64,000 bases of DNA from Octopus sinensis (lineage: Eukaryota), in contig NC_043011.1 in assembly GCF_006345805.1 (NCBI RefSeq), forward strand, positions 62,136,464 to 62,200,463. The letters are read 5' to 3'. Below, in pieces: positions 12,889 through 25,950 of the stretch (position 1 is its first letter; each line of letters begins with the position of its first letter). Position numbers and translations under genes: made by a program. The notes beneath the pieces are model-generated. The model had not been told where the DNA came from. It saw only the letters and a list, made by a program, of their open reading frames with translations, and searched no databases.

Positions 12889-14750
12889 GTTAATCTGAAT
12901 TTATCTCAAAGCTAAAAATCATTTTTGCCTTCAAATTCAGTCTCTGGCTTTTTGTATTTATTTTATTATTTGCTGTCTCGCATCAGTGTTGCCATATGAG
13001 CATCGGTGGGTAGGATAGATTTACAAATTCAAGCACTTGTGTGTTCAATAACTTATTTTTTCATTTCATACCAAGATTTTATTATTTCTACTTCAAACCT
13101 TCCAAACAGTAACTAAAATCAGAACGAAACCAGTTGTCAGCCAGGCAAACTGGTGTAAGCAGATTTATATGCCTTCCTTATGTATGTAAAGCAAAGCCTT
13201 TGTGTGCTTGGCCCACTTGTTTAAAAAACAGCAGCCAGATCTCCTAAGTGTCACATACATAAGTGCAAAAATGGAAGGATAATAGGATTTTAAACACATT
13301 GTATGTGAACAAGGATGGATGGTCATGGCTTTTCTTCTCATTTCTTTTCATGTGGATGATATTGTTCTATTATCTAAATTCTAAACAATTATGTTTCTCT
13401 ACACCAACAAATGTACAATCTTGTATATCTATTTAATGATTTTCCTAAAGCTATTTCTATCAAATGAGTGTTTTGCTGATGAGGTCAGAATAAAACTGAA
13501 ACAAACCTGAGGTTTAATCTTGTACTTGCCTCACAAACAAAAATTATATTAATTATTAGAATAATCATGTTTTTATCTTCACTGTGTACTTATTTCTACC
13601 TGTTTTTTTTTTTTTTAATCTATTATGCATTAGATATGTTAGCAATAACTTTTCTGCAATGTTGGATTATTCTGTTATGCCACAATGGAAAATACGATTT
13701 TGATGATGATTTTCATTTGCTTTTTACATCTGAATTATTTCTTACCATTTCTTTACCAGCAACAGATTCTACATAAATTAATACTGGGAGAGTTAAGGGG
13801 AGGGGATTAAGGCAACAAACTGGCGGAATCGCCAGTGTCTGTGTGTCCCCATAGGGTTTAATAATACAATGATTCCAATATTAGTTTCATCACTTGGTTT
13901 TTAATACCAAATTCTTGCAAACTAGTTTTAACATGTTTTTAACCATCAAAATGTACTATTTTGATGGAGTCATTCATTAGTCACTAAACCATTGTATACC
14001 ATATTGGTTTTGTATGATGTTGTTATAATTGTCGTGAATTATACTTTTTATATATTCTGTACTATTGTTATGGGCAAAGAAAACCAATTGCTGGGGCTAA
14101 AATAAAAGATGGCAAACCGCTAAACAGTGAGCAGTAGGAAGAAAACCTAGATTGAAATAGATTCACAGGGAAAGTTCTTTTAGGGGCCAAGAAGTATACA
14201 CCACACTGCAGGGAAATATGGTCACCCAAATGTTCCACGTTCAATACCCACTAAAGGCAACAGTACAAAAACAGCAAAAGGCATGACCTTAGTGGGCCAG
14301 GCTCTCTTAGAGTGTCTCAAAACACTTGGTGGATGGAACAGATCAAAACACTTGGTGGATGGAAGTGCCTCCTCCAAAGATTTCTCTTGCTGTCTGCTCA
14401 CCACATTGTGAATTTTCAATTCAGTTTTACACTTCTCTTACAGTTTTCATTATTTTACCTATTTCCAACCATTTTACTAATTTATCATTTTTAAAAGACA
14501 GATTCCCTCTCTTTCATTTTTATTTTGATTTAAAAAATAATTTTTCTCATAAGAACTGCATCTTAATTTAATTATATTTTCATTATTCCAACCAAATGTT
14601 TTCTGAAAAGAAAAAAAATAAGTTGGGGTTGCTGTGTACCTATCTTGAATTATTTTTATAATTCTTTGAATATAAAATTAACTCTGTTCCCATGATGGGT
14701 ATTTAATGATTTTCTTTCCATGAACTGATTTCACCATTCTGTTTGCCAGT

Positions 14751-15345
14751 GTGGCCAGTAGTATCACTGTTCTAACTGTGTGTGGATAACAGTTTTATTG
14801 CTCTTCTAAATGATGTGTGGCCAACACTAATCCTATTCTAGTGTGCAGCTAATTGTATCCTTTTCTTTTCTTTTTTGTAGCCACCACTGTTCGTTTTAGA
14901 GTTTGTGCCCAACATTATCACCATTTTAATTTGTGACCAGAACTTTCTCTTTTCTAGTTTATAGACACCATTCTTGCATCTCTAGTTTAAATGCAGCACT
15001 ATGTTTTCTTTCTAATTTGTAACCAAAGCTATCCTTTTCTAGTTTGTTTCCAGCACTGTCTGTTTTCTAGTTTGTGTTTGGTACCAATCCCTTATCTAGT
15101 TTCTGTCCATCTCTTTCACTTCTCGAATATCTATCAGTTTTCCAGCATTATCACTTTTCTACATAGTGACCAGCATTATCACTTACCTAGTTTACAGAAC
15201 AATCATTTTTCTACATCTTTGTCACTTGATATGTGGCCACCATTATATCACTGTTCTAATGGGTACCAAGCACTAATTAATTTTCAGGTTATGGATAACA
15301 CTTATTTCTGTGGCCTCTGCTACCATTCTTCTAGTGCAGTTGTGG
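14751..15345. repeat. Highly degenerate ~28-bp minisatellite, about 20 units
   Basis: Recurrent GTG(A/G)CCAGCA(C/T)TATC..TTTTCTAGTTT units, e.g. gtgaccagaactttctcttttctagttt and gtgaccagcattatcacttacctagttt. Confidence 0.65.
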
Positions 15346-15384
15346 TTCTCAAACAGCTCCGGCTCAGGACCTCCACTCACTGAA

Positions 15385-15650
15385 TACATCATTATCATCA
15401 TCATCATCGATTAACGTCCGCTTTCCATGCTGGCATGGGTTGGATGGTTTGACTGGGGTCTGGGAAGCCAGGAAGCTGCACCAAGCCCAGTCTGATCTGG
15501 CAGTGTTTCTACAGCTGGATGCCCTTCCTAATGCCAACCACTCCATGAGTGTAGTGGGTGATTTTTACATGCCACCGGCACAAGGGCTAGAGGATGCTGG
15601 CAACAGCCACGATCGGTTGGTGCTTTTTACGTGCCACCACCACAGGAATC
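15385..15650 (-). mobile_element. Family A SINE
   Basis: CATCATCATCGATTAACGTCCGCTTTCCATGCTGGCATGGGTTGGATGG..CTACAGCTGGATGCCCTTCCTAATGCCAACC. Confidence 0.85.
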
Positions 15651-16099
15651 ACAACTACAATTTCCATTTGATTTTCCTTTTGATGTTGATACCCTCTTCA
15701 TCAAGTATGTGCTGCTTTTAAATATTTTGGGTGGACTAGCAATCTCTATGTGGAATTTTTATGGAAATTACCAAAGAGAAAGTTCACCTTTTATGATAAG
15801 ATTATATTTCTTTGGCTGGATGCCATAGAAACCAAGCCAAAAAGAAGCGTACAAGTAAGACGCATTCCATTCCATCTCCAAATAAGATCTGATTTAGATC
15901 ATGAGGGCACACCCAACCCATACTAGCATTGAAAGTGGGTATCAAAAGGAAGAAATGATGATGATGATGATGGTCTCTGGCATGTCATCAATCATGTTTG
16001 TGTTCACTGATAACAATGCCCCGTTGTAGTGGATGTGAGAATTAATGTAGATAAAAGCATTTCTCTGATAGTCATAGATATAAGAAAATCTTCAATAGA

Positions 16100-16600
16100 C
16101 ATTCAGTGAAAGTTTCCTACAGTTGCTACTCTAATATGAACAACATCATTTCATGTAAGCCATTCCAGATGCCTAGCACAGACTACTTCAGGAATGCAAA
16201 TACATGCCCACTAAACCAGACATGCATGGTTAGCTCAGTCATCTACAAAGCAGAGGTCACCTCCATTCTGCCAAATAAGGGAACCTAAAGAAGATCTACA
16301 CTGGACTGTGTGAAAGTGACTTCAAAATATAGATACACCAATCACAAGTCTTCTTTTGAGCTTGTAGACAAAATGAAAAGCACAAAGTTAGCAAACCATA
16401 TATAGAACCTGAAGAGCAGCAATATATGACACACACCTTCAAGTGGAGCATTATAAAAAGATCTAAGCCAGTGGTGAATCAAGAAAGTGCTGGTTCTGTA
16501 TAGCCAAAAGAACATCTTTATTAGATCAAAGAACTCGAGGCCAGGAACTTTTACAAGATATGTGCATCTTGACAAGTTTCTGTTATCAAACCTGAAGATG
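16100..16600 (+). mobile_element. Penelope-like element remnant, GIY-YIG endonuclease region
   Basis: KVSYSC..NMNNIISC..CPLNQTCMVSSVIYKAEV..FKYRYTNHKSSF..STKLANHI*NLK..KWSIIK resembles the C-terminal region of Penelope-like ORFs; stops present. Confidence 0.8.
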
Positions 16601-16805
16601 CATCCCACCCCACTGAAATAGAGATACAGAACTGCACTCTTCAAAATTTGCACTAAGAATAAGGACAAGGTAAAGTTATGACCTGCTTTTATAGCAAGTT
16701 AATGCTGGTAGTTTATCCAGTTCCCCTCCAACTTTTAGTTCATGCAATTCAAAAACTGTAGTATTTATGAGATGTCCCAATATACATTTATACAGATGGA
16801 TGTAT

Positions 16806-16913
<108 letters not shown>

Positions 16914-16914
16914 C

Positions 16915-16946
<32 letters not shown>

Positions 16947-17354
16947 GGAGTGTCAACTTGTCTTAACACATATCAGTGTTACCATAAATTTGTTTTATTT
17001 GTATCCACTGAGTTAAATATCATAACTGGACTTAAGTCTTAACTGTTACTATATGAGTCTTAAATTAATATCAGTATTGTAGATATTTATGACTGTAAGT
17101 TTTGTATATCTTATGAGATTTAATGCTGTTGTTAAACCTGCGTCATAGCCCTACAGAATATAAGGAGGCAAGTCTCTATTCATTTTAATCTTACCTGTAA
17201 AGGCTGTGATATCATTATGGCAGTTTAAGAACCATAGATAAATTATATATTTGTTTTATGTTTACTTAGTGAAAATGTCATAATTAAAGTTATACTCAGG
17301 TCATATTTCAAACTATATTGTAAGTGTGTAGTATGTCTTAGCTGTAGTTTTTAA

Positions 17355-17574
17355 CCCTTTCGTTACTGTATTTATTTTGAGATGCTCTGTGTTTATTTTA
17401 ATTATTTTAAATATAACAAAGAATTTAGTAAAATAACTTAGTTATCATTCAGCTAGTGTTAATACCATAAATTGTGACTAAGGTTTGGTGGAAGATTTTA
17501 ATCAGAACTTATGAAAACAAGACATTTGTACAACAGAGCCAGAGATGGTTTCAACCAGGTTGGTAACGAAAGGG
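17355..17574. mobile_element. piggyBac-type MITE
   Basis: TTAA at 17351-17354 and 17575-17578; TIR CCCTTTCGTTAC / GTAACGAAAGGG; second copy at 55666-55887. Confidence 0.85.
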
Positions 17575-17707
17575 TTAATATCATAAATGACTTTGCTTTG
17601 CATGTCACATATATCAAACTCTATGACTAGTATCATTGAAAGATTTTAACTATATATTTTGTATCACAACTGTAGTGTTTAATGTTGTAGCTGACTTTGT
17701 GCTATAC

Positions 17708-17748
<41 letters not shown>

Positions 17749-18041
17749 TCTCAGATTCATCTTCCTCTTCTTCATATAATTTATTCCTTTTCTTCCTATA
17801 TTTCTCTTAAATGGAAATGCTTACTAGTAAGCACCTACTTCAGATTGTTATAAAGGTGCATTTTGGTGGCGCTACAAAATATTTCACCATATTGCTGTTT
17901 TTTTTTTGTTTTTTTTTGTCTTCATGGCATTCTGATAAATTGGTTCTGCCATGTGCTGTGAAGGAAAAAATTTGCACTGGGCATAGAAGGAAACTAGTAA
18001 GTTTTAAAATTGTAATGAAATAACTCAAAATGAGTTAGAAA

Positions 18042-18366
18042 ATTACTATTTTGAAATCTCACGACGTGAGATATTCATCAACAGTACTTTGTAGTAAAGA
18101 TTGTTCACCAACATAACATGGTAGTCCTGGTTTAGGACAAATGTTCCTGTAATTTAACCCCAGGAGACATCATCTCCAGCTGGCTATATGACATGATCTC
18201 TGCACCCACATTTTCAAACAAGCGGGTGCTAGATTCCCTTGTTCAAAAATATAAGGACACAGATTGTGTCGTATAGCCAGCTGGAGACGATGTCTCCTGG
18301 GGATAAGTTACAGCAACATTCGTCCTAAACCAAGACTGCCATGTTACGTTGGCAAACAATCTTTAT
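18042..18366. mobile_element. Fold-back element with ~110-bp inverted arms plus a one-sided ~50-bp extension containing a small hairpin
   Basis: GTAAAGATTGTT..CCAGCTGGCTATATGACATGATC inverted at GATTGTGTCGTATAGCCAGCTGG..AACAATCTTTA; second copy at 23336-23587 shares the extension. Confidence 0.8.
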
Positions 18367-18880
18367 TACAAAATGAGTTATAATGGATATCAATGAAATA
18401 ATTATAAACTAAACAATCAGCAATTTGCTAACCAAATTCTTTTAGATTTTTTAAAATCATAAATATAAAGCAATTTTTTTTTTATCATATATATAAAGTA
18501 ATTACAATTTGAGTCTTAAGTGTAGTATTTATGTCATAACCTTGTGCTATTAGTTATATATATCTTAATTAAACAGCTACTACAATGTGTAACATAGACA
18601 TATACTGGTACGTTACTAATGAAATTCTTGATTTAATAAGATTATCTTCACCTGTAAATGATGCACCATAATTACCAAATGGTAATTAAAACCATCTCCA
18701 CATGGGAAGAGGAGATAACCCCAAGATTCAAGAATTCTCTAAAATTAACATGCCACAAAGGAAAAGTGCAGGCATATTGTCTGGAGATAAGAGGACAATC
18801 TTAGACATATTTCTCGCTTAATAGTCTTCATCAGCACAGCAGTTGTTTGAGCTTATCTCCAGCAGCCAGAGGAGTTAGAC

Positions 18881-19130
18881 CAGTGGTTCTCAGCTAGGGT
18901 TCACATGGCCCTTAGGGGTCCATGTAACATGTTGCCACAATTTATGCGCAATGAACTGATTATACTAGTCCGATACACAAAATATTTTAAACAGCTCTTT
19001 TTTATACAATCGCTATTAATATCTAATTATAAAAAGGGGTTCTTAAACATCAAATGGCTAAGGGGGCTTGTCCAAATAAAATAGAGACCAAAAGGGGTCC
19101 ATAGATAATAAAATGGTTTGAGAACCACTG
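18881..19130. mobile_element. hAT (Charlie-like) MITE
   Basis: TIR CAGTGGTTCTCA / TGAGAACCACTG; imperfect 8-bp TSD AGTTAGAC / ATTGAGAC. Confidence 0.75.
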
Positions 19131-19267
19131 ATTGAGACTCATAGCAACATGCCAGTCTTTGTCTGTTATTCAAACACATGCCTTTGGCCATTTCTGAGTT
19201 ATTCCCTTTTAGCTCGTTTTTGGTGATATTATGATGTGTCTTTAACTATTGAATTTTTGTCATAGCT

Positions 19268-19327
19268 GTAGCGTTGGAGTCATAAATGTAGCGTTGGAGT
19301 CATAAATGTAGCGTTGGAGTCATAAAT
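19268..19327. repeat. Perfect 3 x 20-bp tandem repeat GTAGCGTTGGAGTCATAAAT
   Basis: Direct reading. Confidence 0.95.
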
Positions 19328-19659
19328 GGATGTAACTTTGTGATGTAGAGGTAGCAGTTTGGTAAAGTTGTTTTCTGTTACATGTAGTCTGAATGTTTAC
19401 TGGTGTTCAATTACTTTCACTCTGGATGGCGATTGCTTTGTTGTGTTTCAATGCTAAGATGCTTCAGCCAGGCATTGTTTTATATGAACCGTAGAAGAAA
19501 AAAAAAAGAAAAAAAAGAAAACAAACAAACAGGTGCTTTGAATGAAGTTTTTGTTAATTATTCATATATTTATTTGTATTTATGCTTGTGCCTTCTCTTG
19601 CCATTAGACAGTATGTGGCAACTGTAGGTGTATGTATAATATGTGTGTGCGTGTGTGTG

Positions 19660-19726
<67 letters not shown>

Positions 19727-20681
19727 TATATACATATATATATACATACATATATGTATGTATGTATATATATATATATATATATAATAGGAAAGAGCAT
19801 ATACATACGTGTTGTACATCACTGTAGTCTCCATGTGTGTGTGTGTGTAGGTATGTGTATAGATATGAACATGTGTGTATGTGTGTGTTTGTGTAATCAG
19901 TGTTGCTATGTCTGCTTTCCATGCTGTCTTGGGTTGAATGAGACTTTTTGCAGTAGTCTTCTGCATCCAGATGCCTTTCTTGTATGTTGATTACAGTGAT
20001 ATACATTAGGAGTTGTTGATGTTGTTGTTGTTATTGTTCAGCCCTAGGTCAGTGCTCATCCCACAGTCCTGTAATCATGTGTTCCCCTTTGACCATCCCT
20101 ATTTTTTTTTTATTGTTGAGCATTGAGTGTCCAAGATTACATTAACTAATAACTGCTCCCCTTTTCAAGATGATAAACTGTAATTTAAGGGTGACTTTGC
20201 TGCTATTTCTAGAGCATCAATTAACCATGTGGGAGCTTTGTTGTTGGCTTGTACCTACTGTAGCCATTTACTTTTTCAAGTATTTTTTGTTGTAATTATT
20301 GTAAATCTGTTGATATATGTTACATTTACTAAACACACTCAGCTTTGTTACATAAACAGATTTTGTAATTAAACCTCTGGGCTCTCTCTGCAGGATGAAC
20401 CTGAGATCAGCTGGACTAGTTTCACCCGGTTATTGCCATCTCATCTACTACATCTAATCCTATCCATCCTACAGAGAAAGCAAGCTGTTTACTTATTATT
20501 CACAAAAATACCATGCATAATAATCCTCAATTTTATTCATTTACGTCATAATACAGTCCACTGGTAGAGGGTGCTGATCCTTTCATTACCAAAATCCAAA
20601 TTAAATAGAGTTTCAATGGATTATTAAAATAATAAAGAATTTAGTCGAGTAACTTAGTCATTATCAAACTGGTATTTAAGG

Positions 20682-20895
20682 CAGTGAACTGGCAGAATCG
20701 TTAGCAAGCCAGGTGAAATGCTTAGCGGTATTTCGTCTGCCATTACGTTCTGAGGTCAAATTCCACCGAGGTTGACTTTGCCTTTCATCCTTTCGGGGTC
20801 GATTAAATAAGTACCAGTTACGCACTGGGGCCAATAAAATCGACTATCCCCCTCCTCAAAATTTCAGGCATTGTGCTTATAGTAGAAAGGATTAT
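20682..20895 (+). mobile_element. Family B SINE (well preserved)
   Basis: GGCAGAATCGTTAGCAAGCCAGGTGAAATGCTTAGCGGTATTTCGTCTGCC..GGGGTCGATTAAATAAGTACCAGTTACGCACTGGGG. Confidence 0.85.
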
Positions 20896-21031
20896 TAAAT
20901 TGGTATTTGAAACATCAATTAACTTGAAATCTTGAAGGAAGATTTGAATTTTGATCACTTCAACCATTTTGTTTCGATTAATTTTTGAATTCTGAAAATA
21001 ATGAAGAATTCAGTAAAATAACTTTGTTGTT

Positions 21032-21448
21032 TGTTATTTACATTATTTACATTTGACGCATATTTGGCCTCATCTTGTTTGTTGTAAACACAACATTTCG
21101 GCTGATCTACCCTCCATCCTTCATCAGGAAAATATTAGATTTATAAACCCTAAAATTCACTCCATAATTGCCCACGGGCATATGGTGTACTGGTTAAAAG
21201 CACGGGCTACTAACCCCAAGATTCCGAGTTTGATTCCAGGCAGTGACCTGAATAATAATAATAGTAATACTAATATCAAAAAATACCTTAGGAACGAGAA
21301 CCCAGCTTCGAAATTTCCCCCAAGACACCTGATGAAGGCTGGAGGGTACACCAGCCGAAAAGTTGTGTTAACAACTAACAAAATGAGGACAAATATCCGT
21401 CAAATGTAAATAGTGTACATAATTCCTCATTTCTTAAATATAGAACTG
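21032..21448. mobile_element. Family D: tRNA-head + hammerhead-motif SINE, inverted pair with 12-bp TSD
   Basis: Minus-strand 3' fragment (21032-21127), ~50-nt spacer, full + copy (21177-21448); AACTTTGTTGTT at 21020-21031 and 21449-21460. Confidence 0.85.
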
Positions 21449-21706
21449 AACTTTGTTGTTATTAAGATATGTATTTGGAACAGAAATTAACTTGAAATTT
21501 TGAAGAAAAGTTTAATTTAGTCCATTTTAAAACAGGAAGATTTTTGCATTGTAGAAGCAGGAGTGGTTTGAGGTGAGTTGGTATCTAAAGGGTGAATATG
21601 TCACTGAAATTCAGTGCTGAGGTATAATTGTCAGTGTGGGAATAAAATGTGTTTGTTTAATAAATGCTATTTGCCCTAACTCTGGTTTTCCTTTCTTCCA
21701 TTTCAG

Positions 21707-22392
21707 ATACGATCCATGAAAATTCCTCACCGCACATGTTCCGCCTTTTTAATTCGCTTAAAACTGCAGGGAACGGAAGCAAGCCACGTCAAGGTTCCGT
21801 TGCAAGTATTCAGTCAATCAACAGCATCCCTGTTAATCAAATAAACTTTAAAGGTAGCTCCGTCATTAAAAAGGATGGTTCCGTAGTCATTATGAAAGAC
21901 GGCAAAATCGTGTGTGTACGTCAAAACCCTAGCCATAAAAAACTGTCCGACAGTTCGAATTCTTCAAGTTTTGAAGAGAAAAGACCCTCCCTTGCAAGCA
22001 TCCCCAGTGGTTCGGCATTCAAGTTCAACATCGGAGATTTCTCGACTCTGGATGAATATTCTGAAGAAATCGATGATTCCGACTCTTTAAATACATCTGA
22101 CTCCTACGGCCAATTGAAAGACGCGCAACATAACAAAAAATTCTCTTTAGATAGCATCGGCGAAAATGAAAGTGAGGATCAAGTTTTCATCTGTCCTGAC
22201 GCTGAACAAGACTCTTACAGGGAAAGTTCTGGAAGGCAAAGACTGAGATTTAATATAGATGAAGATATGTCTCAAACAAATCATGATGGAGGCGATAGAG
22301 ATAGTGGGAGCTTAAGGGAGGCCATATCCCAGTCTTTAAGTTCAGAGAACACAGCACCTGACAGCACAACTTCCAACGGTTATCTCCATTAA
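21707..22392 (+). CDS. Terminal coding exon of unidentified gene; Ser/Asp/Glu-rich, probably disordered C-terminal tail (about 227 aa)
   Basis: Polypyrimidine acceptor ctttcttccatttcag; 686-nt open frame of non-repetitive composition ending ..TTSNGYLH*; phase compatible with exon 12498-12571. Confidence 0.8.
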
Positions 22393-23335
22393 CAAAAAAT
22401 ACCCCCCCCCCAAAAAAATGCCAAAAAAATTTTAAACTGTTATTATTGTGTTATTGTGTGTCTTAATTTATCCAAAACTGTAAACAGCCATGAAGAAAAG
22501 AAAGAAAGACCAAAAAAAAAAGAAATAAGCAAGAGAAAAAAACGGAATCCTTTATTTGTGTCTGTCTATCTAAAGTGGCTGAGTCTTGTTTAAAAGTTCT
22601 TGAAACGCCAGCAATTCTTAGATATTTTCTATCTTTCAGTATGTAAACCTTAACCCTAACCCTAACTGGAGTGTTGCTTCTAATTTACCTGCCCTTGCCT
22701 CTACTTAACTGTTGCCGAATTCACCAGATGGCATTCAAGATTGCAGCAGTGCTTTTTGAAGATTTTTTTTTATAATTCTGAAAAGACCAAAGAAAAGAAA
22801 AAAAAAAAAATTCCACATTTTTTTTTATTTGTTTTCGTTGTTTTAATTGGACGATTTGACTCTCATCCTGTCTGTAAGTTTCACATCAGCTTCAACTGTA
22901 CCACCATCATGTACATGCAACTCAGCATTCTAGAAGAGTGCACAGCATTGTTTCTAAGAGTACAGCATTATGAAATGCAGCAGCATCAGTTTTGCATTGC
23001 TTTTTCGGGGTTTGGTTTACTGTTTCTGGTGTTATTCCAGTGCTTCATCTGTTACGTAGACCACATCCAGTTTGAGATGATGTGTTATCTTGTTGCGTGG
23101 TGTCTATGTTATCTGATTGGTATCAAGTGTTTCAGTGTAGAATGTGGTGTTTCCCATGTGTTACGTAATTGGTGTGGCTTGTTTTACTACCAAATACTGA
23201 AGACGTAGATCATATTACGTATAGGGTTGTACTTTATTAGACCTTTTGCGGCAGAGGTCTGTTATGCATATTCAAAATTCCATTATCCTTAACTGCAGAA
23301 AGCAGATCAGATTTATATACCAATTTATCTGAAAA

Positions 23336-23587
23336 TTACTATTTTTAAATCTCACAACAAGAGATTTTCAGCAACAGTACTTTGTAGTAAAGATTGTTTG
23401 CCAACATAACATGGCAGTCCTGGTTTAGGACGAATGTTGCTCTAATTTAGCCCCAGGAGACATCGTCTCCAGCTGGCTATACGACATGATCTGTGTCCTT
23501 ATATTTTCGGTGTCTCCTGAGGCTAAATTACAGCAACATTCGTCCTAAATCAGGACTACCTTGTTATGTTGGCAAACAATCTTTACA
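23336..23587. mobile_element. Second, internally deleted copy of the 18-kb fold-back element
   Basis: Same arms and same one-sided extension AATTACTATTTT..AATCTC..GAGAT..CAACAGTACTTTGTAG. Confidence 0.8.
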
Positions 23588-23830
23588 CCAATCTATCTGT
23601 CATTCAGATATGTTATGTTTGAAACTATTTTCTCGTGAGATACGTTGAGTTTATTAAAGAACATGACTCACAGAAAATACTGATTCTCTTTGTTGTTAGG
23701 TGTTTAACATCGTTGCTGGAGTAACCATGGAATTTGATTTTGCAGTGAAAGGGTTAATGTGGAGAGTTATGTAAAGTATAAATTTTGTAAATTGTTGATG
23801 TTTTAATGTTGGATATCCTCTATAAATAAG

Positions 23831-24560
23831 TTTGTGTTGTGCTGCTTTTATTGGGTGGCATTCATGTTGTGACCATTGTTTAGTAGCAGTTGTGTGTATG
23901 GTGTGTCCTTCTGCATGTTGTGTTGTTTTATTGGGCAGTTAATGTATAGGGCATGTGTTGTGTGTGCAGGGTCTGTGTTGCTTCTGTTACAATACGGAAA
24001 AGAAGATGTTATACATATGATGTGGGATTCACCCAACAGAACTACATTTCCAACATTATGTAATGTTGTGGGTCCAGGACGGTTTGTGTCGTTTCTGTTC
24101 ATTAGTTTCATCATACCTAATTCTCTAATTATGACTGATACTCTCAGTATATACACACTTGAAACAACTGAGCTTAAAATAGTGATATATTACATCGCGT
24201 ATAACATGTTTGTACACAGTGAGTGCCCTGTGCACATTTCGGTATTTATCAATGTGTTATAAATGAGATACATGCATTGCTGTTATTGGCCCCTGTTTTC
24301 ACTGTCGTGCTCCACATCCTGCTTATTTCAGTTTCAAGGTCCTTGCATTTTGACAGACTTTCCAAGTTCTTTCAGGCAATGTTCAGGTCAGAATGTGTCA
24401 ACAATGTCTATCAGAACAAAAGCATTTCCAATCCAGTCCTTGATTATTAAATCCAAACAGTTTGCATTGATCTCCTTGTCAGGACGGATATGTCCCATGT
24501 GATTGTGGCCAGGTCATCGCCAGGGACTCTGCTTGTTACATATTTATACTACTTGTCCTT
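23831..24560 (-). mobile_element. R4-type (RLE) non-LTR retrotransposon 3' remnant, copy 1
   Basis: Minus reading DKEINANCLDLIIKDW..VLIDI and KCKDLETEISRMW resemble the PD..D..KYxDLxxEIxRMW restriction-like endonuclease end; followed by putative 3' UTR. Confidence 0.6.
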
Positions 24561-25950
24561 TTTTTCACATTGATGTGTTGACGTATGGTCTAGAGGACAT
24601 AACTCCCTGACTCAATTATATCTGTGAATAGACAAAAACTGGGTTGCCAGAACTGCCGTGTTTAACTGTCTGATTATACAAGTTGCATTTGGTGTTTGCA
24701 TCCTTTTCTCTTCATTTTAGATTTTCTAATCGTCTGACTCTAGACATTGGTTCTTTGTAGCTAAAACCAGATCTGATTCTCCTTTCAATCCAGAGCTTTT
24801 GAATTATTGTTGTCTTTCTCTCTGCCTTACTTCCCTTCTATTGGCCATGGAGTGGTTTTTCTTTCCATTACTTCAGAATTCTGTTTTAATTTTTCTCTTT
24901 TGTTTTTCAGTTTTCTTTCATTTGTTTTGTTTTTATCTAAATCTTTTTCTTTGGTGGAGTCAGTTGTCAGTTTCTAATTTATTGCTTCTTTCTCTGCCCA
25001 GAAAAATTTTGTTTGCTTTTGTTATGTTTTCCTTCATTACACAATTCTCTTTCCCTTTGTTTGCTTCTAAACATTTTTCTTCTAGCCCACCTGTTGTTAT
25101 TTTGTAATAGTTTTCTAATTCTATCTGTTACCATCTTCCTAATAAGTAGCCATATCTTATCTATATCAGTATTAGGGTGATGGCTTTGAAACACAGTAAG
25201 TAGTTCTCAGGTTTTTCTCACTAAGATCCTCAATTCACTTCCAATTTATTATGTTGAAGCTTTACTTGAATCCCAGGTTGGCTACGGTATTAACTCCCAT
25301 TATCTTATGTCTAGCATTAAATTCACTTTATAATATCACTATGACGCTTCTATAATAATCTTTCCTAATTTTGTAATTCATTTCTGTAATATCTTATCAG
25401 TTTTATCCCCCCCTCCTCACTATTTATATGTTTCCTTCTGGTTGACTTCTCTCATTTCAATGTCTGCATCTTATTTAATGTTCTCGGTCATCGTTAATTT
25501 ACTTCTTTTATTCGTATGCGTAACACCAACTCAACCTAATTGCTAGACTAAATTTACAAACAAATTTCCAACCGATTTTTCCTGACCAACACTTCTAAAT
25601 ATTCTAAAATCATCCATATTACATATTTAGGAGATGGTTTATAGCAGATGTGGGCAACCTTTCTCAAGTAGCACACTGCATAGGACATCGCTTATCATCA
25701 GGGAACCTGCACTACTAAAAGCATTCAAGTCAATTTTTCATTAGGCATCCCATTTCAAATGTCCCATGAGGCGCAGTTTTGCCATGACTGGTTTCTAGTT
25801 CATCCATAACATTTGTAAGCCATTGGTGGTTTCATTAAACATATTTATTAAAGCAATCAGAGTTAGGTGCAAAAAGTGGAGGGTATAAGGAGTGCCCTTT
25901 GGAAGATCCTTTTTCTTATGGGCATAAGGCTGGATTTAATTATCTCCTAT

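Larger units (their letters stand above)
20579..21598. mobile_element. Longer degenerate relative of the piggyBac-type MITE, hosting a family B SINE and the family D pair
   Basis: Starts CCTTTCATTACC, ends GGTATCTAAAGGGTGAA; internal AAGAATTTAGT..TAACTTAGT motifs shared with 17355-17574 and locally repeated. Confidence 0.55.

Noticed and set aside
14316-14365. 22-bp direct repeat TCAAAACACTTGGTGGATGGAA x2; also 15-bp x3 at 433-478
   Set aside because: Small local slippage duplications with no further structure.
22647-22665. Telomere-like TAACCC repeats
   Set aside because: Only 2-3 units within a probable 3' UTR; expected by chance.
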